Shown: one piece after another, positions 26,901-36,999 of the stretch
Layout of the letters: every line of letters starts with the position of its first letter
Numbering within the stretch: the first letter of the stretch is position 1
Source: an uncultured Spirochaetota bacterium
GTDB taxonomy: Bacteria; Spirochaetota; Brevinematia; Brevinematales; JAOACQ01
Length of the DNA: 64,000 nt
NCBI GenBank assembly: GCA_963835575.1
Contig: CAWIGG010000004.1
Span: 704,001-768,000, forward strand
Reading direction: 5' to 3'
Notes under the pieces: generated by a model
What the model was told of the DNA's origin: nothing
The model's input: the letters and a program-made list of their open reading frames with translations, nothing else
Databases searched by the model: none
Made by a program: the position numbers and the translations under genes

Positions 26901-29435
26901 ATGAAGATCGATTTAAAAAAACTTGTTTTTGTGTTCATTATTTTATTGTCCATAGCTTTCTTTTATAAAACCTTTGCAGGCTATACAATCCAGGGAAACA
27001 ATCAGGTCAGCGATAGTCCATTGGGACTGACCGTACAGTATGCTCACCAGATCAGCCAGACAATAAACAGGTGGTTTGACGGGATGTGGATTGGAGAAAA
27101 ATCCGGATTAGCGCTTCTTAACCTTTATACTCTTTATACAAAAATATTTCCAATAGAAATTGTGCAGAATATGACTTATTTCAGCGCCGTTCTGCTTTCA
27201 TTAATATTCTGTTATCTTTTCTTAAGGAAAATTAACCTGGAAATGCTTCCGTCTCTGTTTGGTTCAATAGTATATTCATTTTCTCCGGTGATTTTATCAT
27301 TTATTTACGCAGGACATATACTTGTGGTCAGTGCGCTTTCTTATGTCCCGATGCTTTTTTATTTTTTAACGGCTGCTTTCCAAAAAGCGGAAAATGATAA
27401 AATTAAAAAAGTCCTGTTTTTGATATTAAGCGGAATTACATGGGGACTTATGGCTTCGGATGAAATACAAAGAGCTTTGTACTTTTCCATATTGGCTTCA
27501 TTTTACATCCTTTATTTAATTTATATAGAGAATGGGTTAAAGCTCAGACAATTAAAAAACAGCAATTTAAAGAATATTGGTCTGGATCTTTTAAAAACAA
27601 TGCTTATAATGGCAGTATTATTATTCACATTTTACAGCGGTCTGCAGCCCCTGCTTGATTCATTGAAATACAGAACAGCTATGCAAAACAAAGTTTCCGA
27701 TGTTTCCGGACAGGCAGAGGCCGGTTGGAATTTTGCCACAAGCTATTCTTTCGATCCTGCCGAATTAATTGACAGCCTGGCTTTCGGTTTTCATGGAAAA
27801 AGCTCGCTTGATCAGGAAAATGTTTACTGGGGGAGTAAAGAGTTTTCTACATCAAGTGAGTCTCTTGGTTTTTTTGTTATTATTTTCGGGTTATTAGGCG
27901 GAATAGCTTATTTTAAAAAAAGCGGATTCGTCAGGTTTTTTATAGCGGGCGGGTTGATATCTCTTCTTCTTTCTTTTGGAAAATTCTGGCCCGGGGTGCC
28001 GTTTTTCTGGCTGTTCAATCATCTGCCGTTTGTTTCTAATTTCAGGGCCCCGTCGAAATTTTTATCGGTAACCGCTTTTTGCTTTTCGGTTTTAGCAGCC
28101 TTTGGACTGAAGTATTTTATTGAGCTTCTCAATGATAAAAGCAATAATTCGGAAAAAATTCTCAAAATGATTGAAAAGATCTTATTTGTCTTCATTGGGG
28201 CCGGATTATTATCAATGCTTGGTGTGTTGATGATGTCTTCCGACAGTACCTTATTTTTTAACCAGAAGTATAATAATGCCAATATTGCTACTTCTATAAC
28301 AAACAATATGATTTTTGCTTTATTGAGGATGAATATCTATATTGCTTTAATTCTGGCAATGGTCAGTATTTCTTTCAGAATGAAAGAATTTAACTTAAAG
28401 AAAATTATGATTCCCGGCGCTTTTATTCTACTTCTGCTGTTTGATTTATGGAATACCGGATTATATTATGTTGACAAATCCTATATTAAAGTTAATGAAT
28501 TTTACAAGCAGGATGGTGTGATCAGTTTCTTAAAAAAAGAATCGGAAACAGAAACTTTTAGAGTAATTACTTCTTTTATGATCCCTAATCAGAATGGTGT
28601 AGGTAATATTCCTTTGACAGCTTTAAGAGGGCAGTATTTAACTTTTTACTTTTCTTTTTTTGATATTCAGCCGATGGAAGTCATCGCTTCTTCAGGGGTA
28701 ATGGAGGATTATAATAATTTCTTTATCAATGCAATGAAAGGCGCATTACCAAAACCTGTTCAAACGATGGATGATCTCATAAATGTTAACCTGCCCCTGC
28801 TACGCTTGACAGGCGTTAAATATATTATTACTGACGGATATTTGTATCCCGGACGTCAGCCGGTCCCTATTTTTCAGAGTTTGACAAACAATATAAATTT
28901 TACGCTGGCGGCGGTTGTAAACGGCTATAATGGAGCGCAGGCGGTTTTTGCCGTCAAAAACTATCTGCCCAGAATAGCTTTTTTTGAAAATTACATTGCC
29001 GTGGCAAATAATAACGAGGCATTAAGATATTTATCAAGCAATCAGATTAATTTTCAAAATACTATAATAATAAAAGCCCCTGTGAATAGTGTAAATCTTA
29101 CTCAAAATACTTTTCAGCCGGTCAAAGTCCTGAACTATCAAACATCTTGTACTAAGGCTGAATTGGATGCGCCTAAGGACGGCGTGATTCTCTTTAACAC
29201 TAAATTTAATAGCGGTTGGAAAGCTTATATTGACGGCAGGAAAACCGCAGTTTGTGAAGCCAATTACCTTCAAATGGGCGTGTTTGTAAGTGCGGGGAAG
29301 CATATTGTTGAGTTTAAATATGAACCGGATGGAAGACCTTTCTGGATTTCATTTTTCACGGTTCTCGCAGGTTTGGCGGGAGGTTTTCTTTATGCTCTTT
29401 ATTTTCTAATTTTCAAAAACAAAATAAAAGTTTAA
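26901..29435 (+). CDS. YfhO-family polytopic membrane protein (GT-C-like)
   Basis: Many TM segments; LPFVSNFRAPSKF; GWKAYIDG...ANYLQMGVFVSAGKHIVEFKYEP. Confidence 0.85.
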   Translation: MKIDLKKLVFVFIILLSIAFFYKTFAGYTIQGNNQVSDSPLGLTVQYAHQISQTINRWFDGMWIGEKSGLALLNLYTLYTKIFPIEIVQNMTYFSAVLLSLIFCYLFLRKINLEMLPSLFGSIVYSFSPVILSFIYAGHILVVSALSYVPMLFYFLTAAFQKAENDKIKKVLFLILSGITWGLMASDEIQRALYFSILASFYILYLIYIENGLKLRQLKNSNLKNIGLDLLKTMLIMAVLLFTFYSGLQPLLDSLKYRTAMQNKVSDVSGQAEAGWNFATSYSFDPAELIDSLAFGFHGKSSLDQENVYWGSKEFSTSSESLGFFVIIFGLLGGIAYFKKSGFVRFFIAGGLISLLLSFGKFWPGVPFFWLFNHLPFVSNFRAPSKFLSVTAFCFSVLAAFGLKYFIELLNDKSNNSEKILKMIEKILFVFIGAGLLSMLGVLMMSSDSTLFFNQKYNNANIATSITNNMIFALLRMNIYIALILAMVSISFRMKEFNLKKIMIPGAFILLLLFDLWNTGLYYVDKSYIKVNEFYKQDGVISFLKKESETETFRVITSFMIPNQNGVGNIPLTALRGQYLTFYFSFFDIQPMEVIASSGVMEDYNNFFINAMKGALPKPVQTMDDLINVNLPLLRLTGVKYIITDGYLYPGRQPVPIFQSLTNNINFTLAAVVNGYNGAQAVFAVKNYLPRIAFFENYIAVANNNEALRYLSSNQINFQNTIIIKAPVNSVNLTQNTFQPVKVLNYQTSCTKAELDAPKDGVILFNTKFNSGWKAYIDGRKTAVCEANYLQMGVFVSAGKHIVEFKYEPDGRPFWISFFTVLAGLAGGFLYALYFLIFKNKIKV

Positions 29436-29533
29436 TTTAAGTTCACATTGTCTATTCAGAAATTATTATTTATATTTATAATCGAAACATGAATTTTGCA
29501 GTATGCTTTTTTTAATTATAGAGGTTTGTTTTA

Positions 29534-32362
29534 ATGCATGATAAAATTATTATAAAAGGGGCTAAAGAGCACAATCTAAAGAACCTGTCGGTTGAAATTC
29601 CCAGGAACAAGCTTGTTGTTTTTACAGGAGTCTCGGGAAGCGGAAAGTCATCACTGGTTTTTGATACAATCTATGCGGAGGGTGAACGGCGTTACCTGGA
29701 ATCCCTTTCGACATATGCCCGCCAGTTTCTCGGTCAGATGAAAAAGCCTGATGTGGAATATATTGAAGGACTTTCTCCGGCGATTTCCATCCAGCAGCAG
29801 TCTGTGCATGGAAATCCACGTTCTATTGTCGGGACAGTAACGGAGATTTATGATTATTTCCGTCTCCTCTGGGGAACGATCGGGATTCCCACCTGCCCTG
29901 TATGCGGAAGAGTCCTGTCTTCGGCAACTGTTGATGAGATTGTCGATTCAATTATGAAAATGCCTCAAAGTCTAAAATTCATGATCCTGGCCCCTGTAGT
30001 CCGCGGAAAGAAAGGCACTCATGCGGATACACTGGAAGAATTGATAAAAGAGGGGTTCGGCAGGATCCGCCTTAACGGCGAGATCAAAGAACTGGATTCG
30101 GAAATCAAGCTGGACAAAAATAAAAAGCACAACATTGATATTGTAATTACACGGCTCGCTGTCGAGGAAAAATTCAGGACTCAGATAAACGATTCGGTTG
30201 AAACAGCCCTCCATTACGGTAACGGCCTTCTTGTCCTGAATTTCCCGGACTCAAAGGAAGAAAAACTGTATTCAGAAAAATATTATTGTCCCGACCATGA
30301 TATCAGCTTCAGTGAAATATCACCGAGAATGTTTTCCTTCAACGCGCCGTACGGCGCATGTCCGGAATGCAGCGGACTGGGGGAGAAACTTGAATTCGAT
30401 GAAGAGCTGCTGGTGGAATTTGATAAAAGCATCAGCGGCGGGGCGCTGCGTACTCATCCTCCTTCACAGGCTCACTGGGGCGCTTTTTTAAACGCGATCT
30501 CAAAAAAATATAAATTCTCAATGGATGTCCCTTATAAAGAACTGCCTGTGAAGATCAGGGACATCATCATGAACGGCGACAATGAGAAAGTGGAAATCCA
30601 TTATCAGAGTGAGAAATTTGATTTTTCAACCATGTCCAGGTATGAAGGGGTCATTCCGAATTTGAAAAGGCGTTATTTTGAGACACAGTCCCAGGAAATG
30701 AGGGAATGGCTGGAGCAGTATATGAAGGCTGTTCATTGCCCACTCTGCAGCGGCGAAAGGCTTAAAAAAGAAAGTCTGGCAGTAAAAGTCGCCGGTAAAA
30801 GCATAATGGATGTGACAAGAATGAATGTGGAAGCTTCCTATAATTTCTTTCAGGAACTATTAAAAGTCCTCAGCATTAGCGAACAGAAAATCGCCGACAG
30901 GGTCCTGAAGGAGATCGATAAAAGGCTTTTATTCATTATTGATGTAGGCCTTGATTATATCACGCTGGACAGGAAGGTCAGCACGATATCCGGCGGCGAA
31001 TTCCAGAGGATCCGCCTGGCTTCACAGATCGGGTCCGGTCTGATGGGAGTCCTGTATGTTCTGGATGAGCCGACCATCGGCCTTCATTCGAAGGACACCG
31101 ACCGGCTGATCGCGAGCCTGGAGAAACTGCGCGACTCGGGCAACACGGTGCTGGTTGTGGAGCATGATGAGGAGACGATCGCAAGGGCTGACTGGATCAT
31201 TGATATCGGGCCAGGGGCCGGGATTTACGGAGGCAAGCTTGTCGCGGAAGGGACTTTTGAGGAGATCAAGAAAAATCAAAATTCTTTGACGGGCAGGTAT
31301 CTTTCAGGCGAGCTGTTTGTGGAAACTCCCAAAGAAAGAAGAAAGGGAAACGGTTACGCTGTCGAGATAATCGCCGCGGAAGAGCATAATTTAAAGAAGA
31401 TCGATGTGAAATTTCCGCTGGGAAAATTTATCGTTGTATCGGGTGTAAGCGGGTCTGGTAAATCGACGCTGGTGAATGATATTCTCTTTATGGCGCTGAC
31501 CAAATGCATAAACAGGACGAAATGCGAACCGGGCAAGCATGAAAAAATCCTGGGAGTTGAGCATATCGATAAGATCATTGACATCGATCAGAGCCCGATC
31601 GGCCGGACCCCGCGGAGCAACCCCGCGACATATACAGGCGTGTTTACCGAGATCCGCGATCTTTTTACAGGGCTTCCCGAGGCGAAAGCCAGAGGCTACA
31701 AAGTCGGACGCTTCAGCTTCAATGTAAAAGGCGGACGGTGCGAGGCCTGCCAGGGCGATGGTGTCATTCAGGTCGAGATGCATTTTCTGCCGGATGTTTA
31801 TCTGACATGCGATGTCTGCGGCGGAAGGCGTTATAATAAAGAAACACTTCAAATAAAGTACAAAGGCAAATCCATATCCGATGTGCTCGAATTGACCGTG
31901 GATGAAGCGCTTATGTTTTTTGTCCATGTGCCTCTGATAAAAAGAAAGCTGGAAGTACTCCAGAATGTCGGCCTGGGCTATATCCATCTCGGCCAGTCGG
32001 CCACAACGCTCAGCGGAGGCGAAGCTCAGAGGATAAAACTTGCCAAGGAATTATCAAAAGTCGGCACCGGCAATACTCTCTATATCCTGGATGAACCGAC
32101 AGTCGGCCTTCATTTTGACGATGTTAAAAAACTGATCCATGTACTTCAGTCCCTTGTGGATAAAGGGAATTCCGTGATCGTCATTGAGCATAATATGGAT
32201 GTGATCAAGGTCGCGGACTGGATTATAGACCTCGGTCCCGAAGGAGGGGATAAAGGCGGAAGAATTGTTTTTGAGGGAAAGCCGGAAGATATTTTAAAAG
32301 ATAAGAAGTCATATACGGGCCAATTTTTAAATAAGTATCTTGCTGAAATGAAAAAAAAATAG
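29534..32362 (+). CDS. uvrA: Excinuclease ABC subunit A
   Basis: GAKEHNLKN, two GVSGSGKS Walker A motifs, zinc fingers, [12 protein letters not shown]. Confidence 0.99.
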   Translation: MHDKIIIKGAKEHNLKNLSVEIPRNKLVVFTGVSGSGKSSLVFDTIYAEGERRYLESLSTYARQFLGQMKKPDVEYIEGLSPAISIQQQSVHGNPRSIVGTVTEIYDYFRLLWGTIGIPTCPVCGRVLSSATVDEIVDSIMKMPQSLKFMILAPVVRGKKGTHADTLEELIKEGFGRIRLNGEIKELDSEIKLDKNKKHNIDIVITRLAVEEKFRTQINDSVETALHYGNGLLVLNFPDSKEEKLYSEKYYCPDHDISFSEISPRMFSFNAPYGACPECSGLGEKLEFDEELLVEFDKSISGGALRTHPPSQAHWGAFLNAISKKYKFSMDVPYKELPVKIRDIIMNGDNEKVEIHYQSEKFDFSTMSRYEGVIPNLKRRYFETQSQEMREWLEQYMKAVHCPLCSGERLKKESLAVKVAGKSIMDVTRMNVEASYNFFQELLKVLSISEQKIADRVLKEIDKRLLFIIDVGLDYITLDRKVSTISGGEFQRIRLASQIGSGLMGVLYVLDEPTIGLHSKDTDRLIASLEKLRDSGNTVLVVEHDEETIARADWIIDIGPGAGIYGGKLVAEGTFEEIKKNQNSLTGRYLSGELFVETPKERRKGNGYAVEIIAAEEHNLKKIDVKFPLGKFIVVSGVSGSGKSTLVNDILFMALTKCINRTKCEPGKHEKILGVEHIDKIIDIDQSPIGRTPRSNPATYTGVFTEIRDLFTGLPEAKARGYKVGRFSFNVKGGRCEACQGDGVIQVEMHFLPDVYLTCDVCGGRRYNKETLQIKYKGKSISDVLELTVDEALMFFVHVPLIKRKLEVLQNVGLGYIHLGQSATTLSGGEAQRIKLAKELSKVGTGNTLYILDEPTVGLHFDDVKKLIHVLQSLVDKGNSVIVIEHNMDVIKVADWIIDLGPEGGDKGGRIVFEGKPEDILKDKKSYTGQFLNKYLAEMKKK

Positions 32363-32497
32363 GCTGATAATATTAATTGTAAAATATGTTAAATATATTT
32401 CAAAAAAGTGTGGATTTTTAATTTGAAATAAAATATAATAAACTCACTTAAAAGATCCTCTTTGCAAAATCGTCATTTAAAAATTTGAGGGGAGATT

Positions 32498-33217
32498 TTG
32501 CGTATGAAGGGCTCTCAAAAGAGCATCCGTGAATCGTTTTATACTTTTTCTTTTTCTCCTTTTATGTTAACTCTGTTTAAAGAGGACATTAAGCGGATCA
32601 TTGAAATCACGAAAAGCGATTTCCCAAAAGTCACAATCCAGATAGGCCAGTATACTCTGGAAAAAGAAATTAATGAGATATCGGATATTGAAGCCATCGC
32701 GAAAAGCAATCAAAAGAAACTCAGGGAATATCACTGCCTGTATATATTGGTTCAGACTTCGCCTAAGGAAACAGAAAAACCGTATATGATCATAGATATT
32801 TCGCCTTCCAGCTATAATTTGTTTATATCAGATTCGGAGGAAAAGAAATTAATTGCCCTCCATGCGAAAATAAAGGAAATAATGGTCAACAGAAATATAT
32901 ACCGGTTTTTTAAAAACAAAATCATTAATATTTTTGTATTGATTTGTGATGTATTTTTTGTTCTTTATGTGCTTTTTTTAAAGGATATTATTGAAAAGCT
33001 GATAAATTTTCGGATTCCGGACACATTGTTTTTACTCGCGGCCCTGCTTGTGAATATAATCTTTATTGTGCCTCATGGGAAAAACAAGATTTATATTCAG
33101 GAGGAAAAGAAGGTCAGCGTATTTAAGAAAGACAGGGAAACGATCATGATCGGCGGCATCATCGCGGTGATCGGTATTATTCTTATATTTTCCATTTTAA
33201 AGTTATTCGGCATGTAA
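32498..33217 (+). CDS. Hypothetical membrane protein
   Basis: 239-aa ORF with RBS and three C-terminal hydrophobic segments. Confidence 0.65.
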   Translation: MRMKGSQKSIRESFYTFSFSPFMLTLFKEDIKRIIEITKSDFPKVTIQIGQYTLEKEINEISDIEAIAKSNQKKLREYHCLYILVQTSPKETEKPYMIIDISPSSYNLFISDSEEKKLIALHAKIKEIMVNRNIYRFFKNKIINIFVLICDVFFVLYVLFLKDIIEKLINFRIPDTLFLLAALLVNIIFIVPHGKNKIYIQEEKKVSVFKKDRETIMIGGIIAVIGIILIFSILKLFGM

Positions 33218-33222
33218 TATAA

Positions 33223-33386
33223 GGGCAGTTCCAAAAACCTTAAGTTTTTAGGAACTGCCCCGGTTATAAAAACTTTTTGGTTAATGTAAATGACGCTACT
33301 GCGTGGAGTTTGCAAAGCAAACTTAGCAGTTGCATGAATCAAAACAATGTCGGCAGTTCTAAAAATATGAGTTTTTAGAACTGCCC
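33223..33386. mobile_element. MITE-like three-hairpin element, copy 2
   Basis: GGGCAGTTCCAAAAAC...GGAACTGCCC; central GAGTTTGCAAAGCAAACTT; GGCAGTTCTAAAAA...TTTTTAGAACTGCCC; 4-bp TSD ATAA. Confidence 0.85.
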
Positions 33387-33413
33387 ATAAGTTAAGGCGG
33401 GAGGGGATTAAAA

Positions 33414-35516
33414 ATGGAACAGCTTGTGAAGGATTTGGTCCAATCAAAGAAATCAATCAATCAAAGCGCTTTCGTTAAAAAGAGAGACGGAAGGATCACT
33501 GATTTTGACGCGTCCAAGATAGCATCCGCTGTTAATAAGGCTTTCGTGGCGACAGGTGAGGGCAATTATAATCAGGCCTGGGAAATCACGGCCATGATAG
33601 TCAGCAAGCTTGAAGAAAAGGTTGTTGAAATCGAGCATATCCAGGATATTGTTGAAGACACGCTGATGAACATGGGTTTTAGAAAAGCCGCAAAATCCTA
33701 CATTCTTTACCGCGCTAAAAGAAGCGAGCTCCGCAATATCAATAAAACCCTGAATGAAAGTTTAAATATGATCGAAGACTATGTGCATCTGCGGGACTGG
33801 AGGGTCAATGAAAACAGCAACATGAGCTATTCCCTGCAGGGCCTGAACTCGCATGTCTCTTCCACAATTACGGCTAATTACTGGCTGACTAAAATATATA
33901 CTCCCGATATCGGGGAGGCGCACCGCAGCGGCGCCGTTCATATCCATGACCTTGGTTCATTGTCGGCCTATTGCGTGGGCTGGGACCTGGAACAGCTTTT
34001 GATCCAGGGATTCGGCGGCGTCGTCGGCAAGGTGGAAAGCAAGCCAGCCAGGCATTTCCGCGCGGCGCTCGGACAGATCGTTAATTTCTTTTATACCCTC
34101 CAGGGCGAGGCGGCAGGAGCGCAGGCTTTTGCCAATATCGATACGCTCCTGGCGCCCTTTATCCGCCATGACAAGCTCAGTTATAATGAAGTCAAGCAGG
34201 CCATGCAGGAATTCGTCTTTAACCTCAATGTGCCGACGCGGACCGGCTTTCAGACTCCTTTTACAAACCTGACCTTTGACCTTGTCTGCCCTTCTTATTT
34301 CAGGGATAAGGGCGTGATCATCGGAGGGGAAATCCAGGACGAAACCTATTCGGAATTCAAGAAGGAAATGGAATATATCAATCAGGCGTTCGCGGAAGTG
34401 ATGCTGGAAGGCGACGCGAAAAACAGGCCCTTTACATTCCCGATCCCGACATATAATATCACTAAGAAATTTGACTGGGAAAACCCGGCTTATAATAAGA
34501 TCTGGGAAATGACGGCCAAGTACGGGACCCCCTATTTCAGTAATTTTATCAACTCGGATATGAGCGAGGAAGACACCAGAAGCATGTGCTGCCGGCTCAA
34601 ACTGGATAACCGGGAGGTCAGGGCCCAGCTGGACAAGATGGCTCAGAAGCATGGCGAAGAAACCGGGCAGGGAAAAAGAGGCGGGCTTTTTGCCGCGAAC
34701 CCGATGACCGGTTCCATCGGTGTTGTGACGATCAACCTGCCGCGGATAGCTTATTCGGCAAAATCCGAAGAAGAGTTTTTAGAATCCCTCCGCCAGATGA
34801 TGGTCCTCTCAAAAAATTCCCTGGAAATGAAAAGAAAAATGATCGAGGACCTGACTGACAGAGGGCTTTATCCTTATACGCGTATTTATCTTCAGGATAT
34901 TAAAAAAAGAAGCGGAAGATACTGGACAAACCATTTTTCAACAATAGGCATGATCGGTATGAATGAAGCGGTGATGAATTTTATTAAAAAGCCTTATCAT
35001 ACTGAAGAAGGCAGGAATTTTGGAATAAAGGTCCTGGATTTTATGCTCGAAGTCCTCGAGGGCTTTAAGCGCGAAACGGGGCATCTTTATAATCTTGAAG
35101 CCTCCCCGGCTGAAGGCGCGAGCTTCCGCCTGGCAAAGGCGGACAAAAAGAGTTTTCCGGAAATCATTTCTTCCGGTACGCAGGAAGCGCCTTATTATAC
35201 CAATTCCGTCCATCTGCCTGTCAACGCCACGGATGACATTTTTGAGCTTCTTGACCATCAGGACCCTCTTCAGGCTAAATTTACGGGAGGGACGGTCATC
35301 CATATCTTCCTGGGAGAAAAAGTGAAGAACCCGGCAGCTATCGCCGGTATGGTCAAGACTGTGGCGAGCCAGTATCATCTGCCTTATTTTTCAATAACGC
35401 CGACATTTTCCATTTGCCCTGTTCATGGCTACATAAACGGCGAACAATGGATCTGCCCGCTGCCGCATACGGATGAAGAATTGAAAAAATACGGGAAATA
35501 TATTGAAAGTATATAA
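33414..35516 (+). CDS. nrdD: Anaerobic (class III) ribonucleoside-triphosphate reductase, large subunit lacking the glycyl-radical segment
   Basis: ATP cone (VKKRDGRITDFDASKI); HIHDL; RSMCCRL; NLEASPAEG; TGGTVIH; SITPTFSICPVHGY; ends before any RxxGY motif. Confidence 0.93.
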   Translation: MEQLVKDLVQSKKSINQSAFVKKRDGRITDFDASKIASAVNKAFVATGEGNYNQAWEITAMIVSKLEEKVVEIEHIQDIVEDTLMNMGFRKAAKSYILYRAKRSELRNINKTLNESLNMIEDYVHLRDWRVNENSNMSYSLQGLNSHVSSTITANYWLTKIYTPDIGEAHRSGAVHIHDLGSLSAYCVGWDLEQLLIQGFGGVVGKVESKPARHFRAALGQIVNFFYTLQGEAAGAQAFANIDTLLAPFIRHDKLSYNEVKQAMQEFVFNLNVPTRTGFQTPFTNLTFDLVCPSYFRDKGVIIGGEIQDETYSEFKKEMEYINQAFAEVMLEGDAKNRPFTFPIPTYNITKKFDWENPAYNKIWEMTAKYGTPYFSNFINSDMSEEDTRSMCCRLKLDNREVRAQLDKMAQKHGEETGQGKRGGLFAANPMTGSIGVVTINLPRIAYSAKSEEEFLESLRQMMVLSKNSLEMKRKMIEDLTDRGLYPYTRIYLQDIKKRSGRYWTNHFSTIGMIGMNEAVMNFIKKPYHTEEGRNFGIKVLDFMLEVLEGFKRETGHLYNLEASPAEGASFRLAKADKKSFPEIISSGTQEAPYYTNSVHLPVNATDDIFELLDHQDPLQAKFTGGTVIHIFLGEKVKNPAAIAGMVKTVASQYHLPYFSITPTFSICPVHGYINGEQWICPLPHTDEELKKYGKYIESI

Positions 35517-35547
35517 TTTTACCGATGATTTGAGGGAGGGGTTTTTT

Positions 35548-35700
35548 ATGGAACAGAATGAAAATAAGCGTCTGGTGATTCCGACGGAAGTTTATTCCAG
35601 GATTGTGGGATATTACCGGCCGGTCCAGCATTGGAATGTGGGGAAACAGCAGGAATTTTCCGAACGGAATACTTATGAGGAAAAACTGATCGTTGAATAA
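35548..35700 (+). CDS. Stand-alone NrdD C-terminal glycyl-radical peptide (50 aa)
   Basis: RBS GGAGGG then ATG 35548; PTEVYSRIVGYYRPVQHWNVGKQQEFSER. Confidence 0.88.
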   Translation: MEQNENKRLVIPTEVYSRIVGYYRPVQHWNVGKQQEFSERNTYEEKLIVE

Positions 35701-35716
35701 TTGATGATATTAACCG

Positions 35717-36313
35717 ATGTTCAGGGGAATTCAGAAGACTTCGCTGATCGATTATCCTCCGTATATATCTTCGACTTTATTTACCGGCGGATGCAATTTC
35801 AGGTGTCCATGGTGCCATAACTGGGATCTGGTATTGCCTGAGCTTTATGAGAAATTACCGGTAATCAAAGAAGATGAAGTTAAAGACTATCTTGTTTCAA
35901 AAAAAGGCAAAATCCAGGGCGTCTGTGTGACAGGTGGGGAGCCGACCCTCTGGGGAGAAAGGCTGGCCGGTTTTTTTGACTGGTGCAGAAAGAACGGCTT
36001 TTTGACCAAGCTGGATACAAACGGTTACCTGCCGGATGTGCTGAAGGGATATATTGATAGGAATCTGCTGGATTTTATCGCCATGGATATTAAAAACACT
36101 TTTCCGAAATATAAAAAAACAACAGGAATGACTGAACTGGATATCAAAAGAATAAAGAAATCCATAAAGATTATTCAGGACAGCGGCGTCAGGCATCAAT
36201 TCCGGACAACCCTTGTCCCAGGGCTTGTTGAAGAAAATGAAATAAAAATAATTGAAGAAGACTTGGAAGAGGAAATATTATTCCAGGAATATCGGAATGA
36301 TAAAAATAGCTGA
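35717..36313 (+). CDS. nrdG: Anaerobic RNR activating radical SAM protein
   Basis: SLIDYP, GCNFRCPWCHN, VTGGEPT, KLDTNG; adjacent to nrdD. Confidence 0.93.
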   Translation: MFRGIQKTSLIDYPPYISSTLFTGGCNFRCPWCHNWDLVLPELYEKLPVIKEDEVKDYLVSKKGKIQGVCVTGGEPTLWGERLAGFFDWCRKNGFLTKLDTNGYLPDVLKGYIDRNLLDFIAMDIKNTFPKYKKTTGMTELDIKRIKKSIKIIQDSGVRHQFRTTLVPGLVEENEIKIIEEDLEEEILFQEYRNDKNS

Positions 36314-36317
36314 TCTT

Positions 36318-36797
36318 TCACTTTAAATTCTTTTCATATTTTATCTGCGTCTGGAGCAGGTAATGTCTCAGGGCGTCATGAAGGGATTTGTCTTTAATTT
36401 CCTTCAGCGACTCATCGATTTTTTTCAGGATTTTCGGATCAATCTTCTTTGTATAGTCCTCATTTTCCGGTAATTCCAGATTTATATCGCCTATTTTAAA
36501 CCGGATTGTGTCAAAAAGGCTGGAAAATTTCGGATTATTGAAATAACGCTGTATGTTTGCCTTCATTTCGTCCTTATTCAGGCTGAGTTCCTGGATCCAG
36601 ATGGGGTCGTCTACAAAAACAGTCAATGTTTTATTATAGATATTTGCCGGCAGAGAATGGGACGCTATTCCTCCGCCGATAATGTCGGCCCAGTTTTTAC
36701 GGAGCAGAGCTGTAAAATAAAATTGATCAGGAATGGACTGCCTGATATAATTGCCGATCCCGGACTGAAGAAAATTGAGAGTATTATATTTTCTCAT
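36318..36797 (-). CDS. dciA: DUF721/DciA family protein
   Basis: WADIIGGGIASHSLP...LTVFVDDPIWIQEL. Confidence 0.75.
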   Translation of the reverse strand: MRKYNTLNFLQSGIGNYIRQSIPDQFYFTALLRKNWADIIGGGIASHSLPANIYNKTLTVFVDDPIWIQELSLNKDEMKANIQRYFNNPKFSSLFDTIRFKIGDINLELPENEDYTKKIDPKILKKIDESLKEIKDKSLHDALRHYLLQTQIKYEKNLK

Positions 36798-36926
36798 ACG
36801 ATTTATTATAGCAGAAAAAGGACCATTATGGGAAATTTCCGTAATAACATGTTATTTAAAACGAACAGTTCATAAGCGTTGGTAAAAAACACTTGAAGTA
36901 CTACCTTTTTAAAAGGTTTTATTATA

Positions 36927-36963
36927 GGGCAGTTTCAAAAACTTTAAGTTTTTGAAACTGCCC
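36927..36963. mobile_element. Minimal 37-bp single-hairpin member of the MITE family
   Basis: GGGCAGTTTCAAAAACT-TTA-AGTTTTTGAAACTGCCC flanked by TATA on both sides. Confidence 0.75.
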
Positions 36964-36999
36964 TATATAATATTTACCTTCAGAATGAGGAAAGGAAAA

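Noticed and set aside
32365..33413. NrdR box or SOS-type operator near nrdD
   Set aside because: No convincing consensus match found by eye
35503..35547. Programmed frameshift fusing nrdD to the glycyl-radical ORF
   Set aside because: The overlap is short, no convincing slippery heptamer with a downstream structure was seen, and ATG 35548 has its own strong RBS; not formally excluded
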